Source of the DNA: Chitinispirillaceae bacterium
GTDB taxonomy: Bacteria; Fibrobacterota; Chitinivibrionia; Chitinivibrionales; Chitinispirillaceae
DNA: 32,000 bases
Assembly: GCA_049521335.1 (NCBI GenBank)
Contig: JBEKOX010000001.1
Span: 51,719 to 83,718 of the forward strand
Direction of reading: 5' to 3'
The notes beneath the pieces are model-generated. The model saw only the letters and a program-made list of their open reading frames with translations, did not search any database and had not been told where the DNA came from. Shown piece after piece: positions 7,992 through 14,942 of the stretch (positions within the stretch are counted from its first letter, which is position 1; each line of letters opens with the position of its first letter). The position numbers were made by a program, and so were the translations under genes.

Positions 7992-10564
7992 TGGCCCGTA
8001 AAGGAAACCCGCACCAGTCCGAACTCTTCGAAGATATTCTTCTTTCCCGCACCGCTCCCTGCGTTCCGGCGCTGCGGGAGGCCGTCGCTTCGTGGCGGGC
8101 ATCCGACTATAAGGGGATAACCGACACCACGCGGGAGCTTCTCAACTATTGGTTTTTCACCGATCACCTGTTATCAACCGGCAAGCCGTTCAAATACCAC
8201 GCCGCCCAGAAAGAGGCGATTGAGACGGCCATCTATCTTTTTGAAGTGCGTAATATTCGCTCGCGCAAAGCCCTGCTTGAAAACTTCTCGTATGATAACA
8301 AAAACATCCGGCTGCCGCCCTACGACGATTTCGCCCGCTACTGTATAAAAATGGCGACCGGAAGCGGCAAGACCAAGGTAATGGCTCTTGCGGTCGTCTG
8401 GCAGTTCGCCAATGCTGTCAAGGAGGGAAGGGACGATTACGCGAAGACCTTTCTCATTCTTGCGCCGAATGTCATTGTATTCGAGCGTCTTCAGCTTGAT
8501 TTTGGAAACGGTTTGATCTTCAAAAACGATCCGCTTATTCCGCGCCATTATAATGTGTGGTGGGACATGCAGTATTACATGCGCGGCGACCCGGAACGGT
8601 CGTCAAGCGCGGGCAATCTCTTCCTCAGCAACATTCAGCAGTTTTATGATCGCAGCGAAAGCCAGAGCGATAAAGAGCCGGAAATCATGACGGCCATGCT
8701 CGGCGCTGTTCCGCCGACCCAGAAGAATGAGATATCCGATTTCGACGACCGGATCGCGAAGCTCGATGGCCCGGTCATGGTGCTCAACGATGAGGCGCAC
8801 CACACCCACGATGAAGAGAGCGAATGGAATAAATTCTTACGAGGGCTTCACGCACGAAAGCCGCTTGCCGCGCAAGTCGATTTTTCCGCCACGCCCCGGT
8901 ATTCAAAAGGCGCGCTCTTTCCCTGGACGATATCCGATTACCCTTTGAAGCAGGCGATAGCTGACGGTCTGGTCAAGCGCCCGGTAAAGGGGATTTCGCA
9001 TATCGACGAAGGGCGTTCAAGCGTCTCAAATGTCCGCTATGCGGGCTTCCTTACCGCTGGCGTATGTCGCTGGAAAGAGTATGAGAAGCAACTTAAAGGA
9101 CTCAAGAAGAAGCCGATTCTGTTTATCATGATGAACAGCACGGCTGAGGCGGATGACATCGGCGAATGGTTGCGGACTAAATACCCTTCCGATTTCGGCG
9201 GCGATAAGACTCTTATCATCCATACCGACAGTAAGGGTGAAGTTTCCAAAGGCGATGTGGAGGAAGCCCGTAAACTTGCAAGGAACGTGGATCAGGAAAA
9301 ATCCACGGTCAATGCCATCGTCTCTGTCCTTATGCTTCGCGAGGGGTGGGACGTGCAAAACGTGACGGTCGTGGTGGGTTTGCGCCCGTACACCTCAAAG
9401 GCGAACATCCTGCCGGAGCAGGCCATCGGAAGGGGCTTGCGGCTCATGTTCAGGGGCGATCTGTCCGGCGGCTACACCGAGCGCGTTGACATCATCGGAA
9501 ACAAGACCTTCCTTGAATTTATCGACGATCTGGAAAAGATCGAAGATTTCCAACTCGATACTTTTGAAGTCGGCAAAGACCGGCTGAAAATCATCACCAT
9601 TGCCCCGGACCCGGAGAAGCTGTCGGCGGATATCGCCATCCCCGAACTGACGCCGATTCTCACCCGCAAGAAATCCCTTGCCGATGAGATCGCCGCGCTT
9701 GACGTGCAGAAAATAAAAATCGATCCGTTGCCGCTTGGATCAAAGGATAGCGCCGGGGCGAAAAAATTCATGTATGAAGGCCGGGACATTCTCACCGACG
9801 AGAAGCTCTTTGAACGGCAGTATGAAATACCGGAAGCCCAAACTGCTGAAGAGGTGATTGGTTACTATGCCCGCCGTATATCGCAGGAAATAAAGCTCCC
9901 TTCGCAGTTCGCGGCGCTTGCCCCCAAACTGCGGGAGTTCTTCGAATATCGAGCATTCGGAAAGCAAGTAAACCTTGGCGATCCGCTCGTCGTGAAGGCG
10001 GTGGGAAGTCGTCTTGCCTGCTTCGTAGTGCTCAAGGAGTTTGAGAAGCTCTTGCGGGAACTGGTCGTTGAGGAAAAAATTCCGGAACTCGTGAACTCCG
10101 GCAGACCGCTTTCATCGACGCCGCCCTTCCCGTTCTCGCGGCTTACCCTTGAATCTGCGAAAACTATATTTAATCTTGTAGCGTGTCATAACGATTATGA
10201 ACGCGATTTCGCCTCTTTTCTACACAATGCCGAAGACGTTTCCGCATTTGCAAAGCTGCCGGAGCAATTCGGCTTCTGCATTCAGTACACGGATACGCGG
10301 GCGAATCTACGCAATTACTTCCCGGATTTCGTCGCGCGGCTCAAGGACGGCTCATACTGGATCATTGAAACCAAGGGCCGAGAGGACATCGAAGTCGCCC
10401 TCAAGGACGACGCCGCCCGCATCTGGTGCAGTCACGCGACCACCCTCACGGGCAATAACTGGAATTATATCAAGGTGTTACAGAAGGACTTCGAGGAACT
10501 GGGGCCGGAGCGGTTTGAGGAGTTGGCTCTTACAAATCGAAGGGGTGCTTTCTTTTCCGGTTAG
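7991..10564 (+). CDS. res: Type III restriction enzyme Res subunit (SF2 DEAH helicase plus C-terminal PD-(D/E)xK nuclease)
   Basis: Walker A MATGSGKTKV (about 8351-8380), motif II LNDEAHH (DEAH from 8789) and helicase motif REGWDVQNV. The C-terminus has a nuclease-like YFPDFVARLKDGSYWIIETKGRED. The gene is coupled to mod by a 1-nt overlap. Confidence 0.85.
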   Translation: MARKGNPHQSELFEDILLSRTAPCVPALREAVASWRASDYKGITDTTRELLNYWFFTDHLLSTGKPFKYHAAQKEAIETAIYLFEVRNIRSRKALLENFSYDNKNIRLPPYDDFARYCIKMATGSGKTKVMALAVVWQFANAVKEGRDDYAKTFLILAPNVIVFERLQLDFGNGLIFKNDPLIPRHYNVWWDMQYYMRGDPERSSSAGNLFLSNIQQFYDRSESQSDKEPEIMTAMLGAVPPTQKNEISDFDDRIAKLDGPVMVLNDEAHHTHDEESEWNKFLRGLHARKPLAAQVDFSATPRYSKGALFPWTISDYPLKQAIADGLVKRPVKGISHIDEGRSSVSNVRYAGFLTAGVCRWKEYEKQLKGLKKKPILFIMMNSTAEADDIGEWLRTKYPSDFGGDKTLIIHTDSKGEVSKGDVEEARKLARNVDQEKSTVNAIVSVLMLREGWDVQNVTVVVGLRPYTSKANILPEQAIGRGLRLMFRGDLSGGYTERVDIIGNKTFLEFIDDLEKIEDFQLDTFEVGKDRLKIITIAPDPEKLSADIAIPELTPILTRKKSLADEIAALDVQKIKIDPLPLGSKDSAGAKKFMYEGRDILTDEKLFERQYEIPEAQTAEEVIGYYARRISQEIKLPSQFAALAPKLREFFEYRAFGKQVNLGDPLVVKAVGSRLACFVVLKEFEKLLRELVVEEKIPELVNSGRPLSSTPPFPFSRLTLESAKTIFNLVACHNDYERDFASFLHNAEDVSAFAKLPEQFGFCIQYTDTRANLRNYFPDFVARLKDGSYWIIETKGREDIEVALKDDAARIWCSHATTLTGNNWNYIKVLQKDFEELGPERFEELALTNRRGAFFSG

Positions 10565-10696
10565 GCAAAAAAAGGTACTTTCTAAATAGGAAAACGCCTC
10601 GGCATGCGGCCATTTGTCAATTTTCGACATCTCGGTCATTTTTCGCCGAATTGGGCATAAAGGGAATAATGCATTTGGAGGGGTTTTTAGGCGGTT

Positions 10697-10711
10697 TGGC
10701 ACGTTTTTTGC
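10697..10711 (+). promoter_or_regulatory. Sigma-54-type -24/-12 promoter-like element (TGGCAC-N5-TTGC)
   Basis: The sequence reads tggcacgttttttgc, an exact match to the GG/GC core with correct spacing. It is about 255 nt upstream of the ATG at 10967. No enhancer-binding protein gene is visible in the window. A TGgTAGAAT extended -10-like element sits at 10739-10747. Confidence 0.3.
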
Positions 10712-10966
10712 GCGATTATAAAGAAATGTTGCCAATGTTGGTAGAATAGATTGCTTCCATATCCAATTTGTTCTTAACTATTTTCGTATTGGTTATAAAA
10801 AGAGGCTTGGTCTAAAAAATGAGCCCGATGAAACCAGCCAGTAGTTTTCTTAGTGTCCCTGTAGAACAGATGAAGAAAATGTTGTTTATAAAAAAGGGAA
10901 GCCTTAAATCAAAGGCGGGTTGGGATTTTTTTTGCATAAAAATGCTTTTAAGGAAGGAGGCCCTTA

Positions 10967-11191
10967 ATGGCTTTTACTTTGGATAGTTTTCGAGATGCAA
11001 TGAAGACTCGCAGAGGGGATTTTTCGAACACCCCCAAATGTGAAGAGTGCGGAAAGCCTTTGCAAGAAACCCTTACGGGTAACCGCAAAATATCGAAGGG
11101 GTTTGTGTGTAGCGATTGCTATTTTGATTTATTAGGTAAAGAAATTGATGAGCATCCCATCTTGATTCATCGACCGGTTCACGGAACTTGA
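10967..11191 (+). CDS. Small zinc-ribbon protein (CxxC-N19-CxxC), unknown function
   Basis: A 74-aa ORF with a strong RBS (aaggaaggagg about 8 nt upstream of the ATG). Cysteine pairs CEEC and CSDC are separated by 19 residues. GC is about 35-40%. The stop TGA lies 1 nt before the start of the next ORF. Confidence 0.6.
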   Translation: MAFTLDSFRDAMKTRRGDFSNTPKCEECGKPLQETLTGNRKISKGFVCSDCYFDLLGKEIDEHPILIHRPVHGT

Positions 11192-11192
11192 C

Positions 11193-12131
11193 TTGCATAC
11201 TTATTTTATCGGTAAAGAAGAAGTTTCGCAGTATGCAAAGGATTTCGCAAATCGGTTAAATAAATTAAACGATTCCTTTCCATGCATATGGTGCACGATA
11301 GGGAAATCCGGCGATGAATTGGCGGATTTCTTATATGACTATTTTCCTTTAGAATATCGTCAAAGAATTCTTGTTATTCCATTGCAATGTGATAGAGATT
11401 CAAAATCCATTGTATTCGATAACCCCGCCGACAAAAATATTCTTAATTCAAAATGCAACGTTTTAATCCTCGACGGCGCAATTCATTCCGGGTCCTCCAT
11501 GCTTTCTGCAACCAAGATGCTAAGGGAGCTTGGTGTCGAAAAAATTACATCCTATTCCTTGGTTTTAAAGGCAGGTTCATCATTTATTCCTAATTTTTTC
11601 GGTTTAATTATAGCAGATCATGATAGGGCATTTTTCTTATTGGATGAGATTCCTAATAATCGCATAATGCCCTTTGGAACAATTAGAAAACTAACTTCTG
11701 ATGATGCAACAGAGAAAATAAAATTCCAATGCGGTCTTGAATCTATTGACAGATTTACGTGGGCAGATTTTTGGTATGAATGCGTTGCAGGTTCAAACCA
11801 AGTTTATGTTTATGAAAATGGTCCTGAAATTAGCGGGTTTATCAGTTTTACATTGAATGACAAGACCCTTTTTATTGATTCCGTTGCAAGCGATAAAAAA
11901 TGCGTAGGGCAAAAAATAGGGCAAAACTTAATGAGATGGGCTGAATCTTGGGCTCGTTCCAACAATTGCATTGGTATTAACCTTTGGGCAATAGATGAAC
12001 GAATAGGCTTCTACACAAACTTGGGGTTTGAGACATGTCAAGGAAAAGAAATGCAACTTGGGAAAGAAAAATATACGTCAATGTTCAGAAAGCTACTTTA
12101 CAATATTGATCCGTGTTGCATTCATAACTAG
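11193..12131 (+). CDS. Fusion protein: type I purine-PRTase-like domain (N-terminal) plus GNAT acetyltransferase-like domain (C-terminal)
   Basis: Residues ~1-165 follow the 6-oxopurine PRTase layout: IGKSGDELADFL, then NVLILDGAIHSGSSMLSATKMLRELG (PRPP-loop position, with DG for DD and HSGSS for DTGxT), then IPNFFGLIIADHDRAFF (the PDY-x-G...W-x-F region). Residues ~170-300 look like GNAT: FIDSVASDKKCVGQKIGQNLMRWAESWAR, then IGFYTNLGFE. The only usable start in frame is TTG 11193; the frame opens at 11166 and the next Met is about residue 102. Confidence 0.6.
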   Translation: MHTYFIGKEEVSQYAKDFANRLNKLNDSFPCIWCTIGKSGDELADFLYDYFPLEYRQRILVIPLQCDRDSKSIVFDNPADKNILNSKCNVLILDGAIHSGSSMLSATKMLRELGVEKITSYSLVLKAGSSFIPNFFGLIIADHDRAFFLLDEIPNNRIMPFGTIRKLTSDDATEKIKFQCGLESIDRFTWADFWYECVAGSNQVYVYENGPEISGFISFTLNDKTLFIDSVASDKKCVGQKIGQNLMRWAESWARSNNCIGINLWAIDERIGFYTNLGFETCQGKEMQLGKEKYTSMFRKLLYNIDPCCIHN

Positions 12132-12329
12132 ATGGCCGCCTTAATACCTATTCTACACTTAAAACCGTCCCGTGCGCGGAAAATCAGCCAAATATCTCCG
12201 GGTGGGTGTACCGGTACATAATACGCCTATATACCGTTTTATGGTTCGGCCTCCTGGCCCCGGTACGTCTTAAGCGAATGTCCATGAAATCGTCGCTGTT
12301 CAGGAACTGCCGCGAGCGAGAATTGTACC

Positions 12330-12899
12330 TCAGGCGGCAGCCATATTCGTTTCATGCTCCGAATGTCTGTTGATATCTTCCATCGTCACCGGGGTAGAAA
12401 CATGAAGCGGCGGCACCGGCAGTTTGGTCTTCGACGCTTTTTGAACGCAGTCAAGTAAACCGAATGAAATATTCATGAAGGCTTCTTTGGTAAAGTCCGC
12501 CACTCCTTTTTCGATGGTTTCATCGCCCCGCGCCATTTCGCGCATCTTATCAAGCAAAATCCTGAGTCTGAAGTAATGGTACTTCACCTGATCGGCCATG
12601 GTCATTCGGGTATCGGAAAATCCTATTTCAAGCCGCATATTTACCGCGGAACAGTATTGAACAAGATCATGAACGGTAAGGTCGGTATCTCGGGTATTTT
12701 CGATTTTTGAAACTTTCCCCTGACTGCAATTCATTTTTTGGGCGACGTCGTCCTGGCTCATGTTCGCCCTGCACCGCAAGGCGAAAAGCGTTTTTGAAAT
12801 CTGCTTCGAGTTAATAAGATCCGCCAAGGATTTTACCTCATCCTTATCCTCGGTAGAATCCTTGATCATATCCAGAACGGATGAAAATTGTTTAGCCAT
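12330..12899 (-). CDS. XRE-family HTH antitoxin (HigA-like) with a ~90-aa C-terminal extension
   Basis: HTH region LFALRCRANMSQDDVAQKMNCSQGKVSKIENTRDTDLTVHDLVQYCSAVNMRLEIGF. ATG at 12899 (MAKQFSSVL) is preceded by AGGAAGGGG and starts 2 nt after the toxin stop. The toxin-first order matches HigBA-type modules. Confidence 0.7.
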   Translation of the reverse strand: MAKQFSSVLDMIKDSTEDKDEVKSLADLINSKQISKTLFALRCRANMSQDDVAQKMNCSQGKVSKIENTRDTDLTVHDLVQYCSAVNMRLEIGFSDTRMTMADQVKYHYFRLRILLDKMREMARGDETIEKGVADFTKEAFMNISFGLLDCVQKASKTKLPVPPLHVSTPVTMEDINRHSEHETNMAAA

Positions 12900-12901
12900 G
12901 G

Positions 12902-13258
12902 TTACCCCTTCCTTTTCAACGGTCGTATGTAATCCTGACACTCCCTGATGTCGCCTTTCTGATCAACTTTTGTGCCAATGCTGATGACGTATAAAATCAT
13001 CGCGGCGGAATCGGGATAGATATAAAGCCGGGTTTGCATCAACTTACCTTTGCCGCCTTTTTGATCGATGGCCTTGATTCCTTCGGGCTCGTGATGGATG
13101 AACCCTGCATTGATATTTATCGGGTTGCTTCCATTTTCCAAAGCCTTGAAATAGGTGTCCAAATTGTCCAAAACCGCCGTTGCTTCTTCCCGATGCTTCT
13201 TTTTGAATCGTTCAAAACGACTGTCGAAGAAATCGGATTTTTGCAAAACCCAAGGCAT
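12902..13258 (-). CDS. RelE/HigB-superfamily (Gp49-like) toxin
   Basis: The 118-aa product from ATG 13258 (MPWVLQKSDFFDSRFERFKKK...) ends ...TRLYIYPDSAAMILYVISIGTKVDQKGDIRECQDYI. This fits the RelE/Gp49-type pattern (R-hYhY...hhhhhhhG-K..Q..DI). It is paired with an HTH gene immediately downstream. Confidence 0.55.
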   Translation of the reverse strand: MPWVLQKSDFFDSRFERFKKKHREEATAVLDNLDTYFKALENGSNPININAGFIHHEPEGIKAIDQKGGKGKLMQTRLYIYPDSAAMILYVISIGTKVDQKGDIRECQDYIRPLKRKG

Positions 13259-13332
13259 AATTATTTCCAATCGTAATAAATACGGACGTTATAATATAAT
13301 ATTTCGGCATAATTATTCCAAATCATAATAAT
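13254..13332. promoter_or_regulatory. Duplicated ~27-bp element (52-bp period) at the TA operon start; probable promoter/operator
   Basis: ggcataattatttccaatcgtaataaa (13254-13280, includes the toxin ATG) repeats as ggcataattattccaaatcataataat (13306-13332). The AT-rich spacer between them contains ttataatataat (-10-like on either strand). Confidence 0.4.
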
Positions 13333-13403
13333 TTCCCAATATAACCGTAGCCGGGCCGGCGCAGGTACGCTGCATCAGGCAATCGCTCTCCGGCCATCCA
13401 ACC

Positions 13404-13500
13404 CTTCGCAGTGGCTCGAAAAAATGGGTTTAAATGCCCGTTAAATGGCTGTTAAATGGTCATAAAACGGGGATTAAATAAAAAGAGGAAAAAATTCCAA
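13404..13500. repeat. Direct repeat copy A (97 bp) of a ~85-97 bp element
   Basis: cttcgcagtggctcgaaaaaatgggtttaaatgcccgttaaatggctgttaaatggtcataaaacggggattaaataaaaagaggaaaaaattccaa aligns with 14821-14904 at roughly 85% identity. Copy A carries one extra 11-bp unit. Confidence 0.8.
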
Positions 13501-13504
13501 GTCA

Positions 13505-13560
13505 TTCGGCAAAAAGTGGAAATCCGGCGTAGGAAACTCGCTCGGCAAAAAGTGAAAAAT
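13505..13560. repeat. Tandem direct repeat, ~36-bp period (tcggcaaaaagtg-core)
   Basis: ttcggcaaaaagtggaaat (13505-13523) and ctcggcaaaaagtgaaaaat (13541-13560). Confidence 0.6.
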
Positions 13561-13697
13561 CATGATCGGAGTTTAAGAATTGACGGAAGAAACAAATAGC
13601 GGGGAGGGATGCAATTCGCTCGATTCACGTCAGGTCTTTTAAATAAATTTCCGCGCCGCATATCCTGATCTTGTCCTTTGTGAGGACATCCCGGGTT

Positions 13698-13805
13698 TCA
13701 TCGAGTAAAAGCTGGACCGCCGATAAACACCATCTTTCGGGCAAGGTCTTTTTCCACTGCCCGGTCGAGATAGCGTTCAAGATATGCGATCAAATTAACC
13801 TCCAT
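13698..13805 (-). pseudogene. Possible remnant of an AAA-ATPase (COG1373/DUF4143-type) N-terminus
   Basis: From ATG 13805 the frame reads MEVNLIAYLERYLDRAVEKDLARKMVFIGGPAFTR and then stops. This resembles the start of such ATPases up to the point where the P-loop (GPRQxGKT) should begin. There is no P-loop and no remainder of the gene. Confidence 0.25.
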
Positions 13806-14129
13806 CAGAAAAAAGTCGCGAGTAATTTCCGATGCTACTAAAAATACTCGCGTACCAGGGGAGAAACAATATCTGCCGGATGTCGAAGGCAATCAACAAG
13901 GTCGCGCCTTTTGTGCAAGGGGACGTAGAGGGACGCTACCGCTGAAAAAATGGACTTCCGACGAGCAGGGGTTCTGAAGCGATCCTGGATAGTGATAACA
14001 ACAAGGGATACCTGTACCGATGCCCGTTTATTATTTTCAAATTGCGGTAGAGGACGAATATTTATTACTCTGTAGGAAAAGAATATATCTTTGGGAATTT
14101 TGAAATTCTCTAGTAGTAAGGAGGATACC

Positions 14130-14756
14130 ATGGAAAAACACCTGGCGCGTATAGCGATATCGTCACTTGTCGTACTCTCGGCATCGGCGTTTTCTCAGGT
14201 GAGCGTGCAGCCAGGGTTAGTATTAGGTGACGGAAATTATTGGCTCACGGATAATGGTACCTTTACAAATGCTGGAACAACAACTGGATTATTGGCGGGT
14301 GGAGTGCTGGACATATCATGCAGCAAGCATTTCTCTATTCAATCTGGAATAGAGTATTCTGAGCAAGGCTACTCTACTTTCCAAACCCCCTCGGGAATTG
14401 GGGGTATCCCTGGAATTGTAACTGTTGATGACAAATTTGATGAACTGGTGATACCGCTTAATTTCAAGGCTAAATTCCCAATATTGTCTATGTTTAGCCC
14501 ATATGCGCTGGCGGGATTAAATCTTGGTATGGTGCTGAGAACAACGGGAACGTGGACTCAATCAGGCCTTTTGGTTGAAAAGAATGTTGAAACGGGCAAT
14601 TTTAAAACAGATCTTGGTTTCGTCTTAGGTGCAGGGGTCGATTTTCATGTTGAAAACGTAATTCCGTTTTTTGAAATGAACTATTTGGACGATCCTACTT
14701 ATCATTTAGAATATACAGGTTTCGAAATTAAAGCTGGCATAAGGTTCAAAATGTGA
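14130..14756 (+). CDS. Small outer-membrane beta-barrel protein (OmpW/OMP_b-brl-like)
   Basis: ATG 14130 is preceded by AAGGAGGA. A signal peptide MEKHLARIAISSLVVLSASAFSQ is followed by alternating amphipathic strands (DLGFVLGAGVDFHV). The C-terminus FEIKAGIRFKM is typical of beta-barrel assembly signals. GC is about 45%, below the core. Confidence 0.6.
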   Translation: MEKHLARIAISSLVVLSASAFSQVSVQPGLVLGDGNYWLTDNGTFTNAGTTTGLLAGGVLDISCSKHFSIQSGIEYSEQGYSTFQTPSGIGGIPGIVTVDDKFDELVIPLNFKAKFPILSMFSPYALAGLNLGMVLRTTGTWTQSGLLVEKNVETGNFKTDLGFVLGAGVDFHVENVIPFFEMNYLDDPTYHLEYTGFEIKAGIRFKM

Positions 14757-14820
14757 TACTTGCCTCATTCTGACCTGGCCCTTCCTGACTCGGCCCTCCC
14801 GCAGCGGCACACCCTCGGCG

Positions 14821-14904
14821 CTTCGCAGTGGCTCTAAAAAAGTGGATTTAAATGGCCGTTAAATGGTCAATAAACGGGGATTAAAAAGAGGAAAAAAAGT
14901 TCAA
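14821..14904. repeat. Direct repeat copy B (84 bp) of the element at 13404-13500
   Basis: cttcgcagtggctctaaaaaagtggatttaaatggccgttaaatggtcaataaacggggattaaaaagaggaaaaaaagttcaa. It is in the same orientation as copy A and lies between the convergent 3' ends of the OMP gene and the GGGPS-like gene. Confidence 0.8.
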
Positions 14905-14942
14905 ATAATTATCTGCGCGCTGTTTTTTCTGCAAATCGACTG

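Noticed and set aside
10478-10735. An 85-aa minus-strand ORF spanning the res 3' end and the downstream spacer.
   Set aside because: It overlaps the res coding sequence in antisense, and it has no motifs and no RBS.
10819-10986. A 55-aa ORF (MSPMKPASSFLSVPVEQMKKMLFIKKGSLKSKAGWDFFCIKMLLRKEALNGFYFG) upstream of, and overlapping, the zinc-ribbon gene start.
   Set aside because: It has no convincing RBS and no recognisable features, and it overlaps the strong RBS and ATG of the 10967 ORF. It could be a leader peptide but is unsupported.
12207-12218. A perfect 12-bp palindrome TGTACCGGTACA in the spacer between the PRTase::GNAT gene and the antitoxin gene 3' ends.
   Set aside because: It is an isolated short palindrome between convergent gene ends, and chance occurrence is plausible. 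No second copy or associated regulator could be linked to it.
13456-13599. A 47-aa extremely basic ORF (MVIKRGLNKKRKKFQVIRQKVEIRRRKLARQKVKNHDRSLRIDGRNK) starting inside repeat copy A. A similar start occurs in copy B (the 14863 ORF).
   Set aside because: It has no RBS. The Lys/Arg richness follows trivially from A-rich repeat DNA. The two copies keep similarity only through compensating indels, and the copy B version runs antisense into the GGGPS-like gene. It is most likely non-coding.
13838-14131. A 97-aa minus-strand ORF upstream of the OMP gene.
   Set aside because: It overlaps the OMP RBS and start in antisense. Its composition is not protein-like and no motif was recognised.
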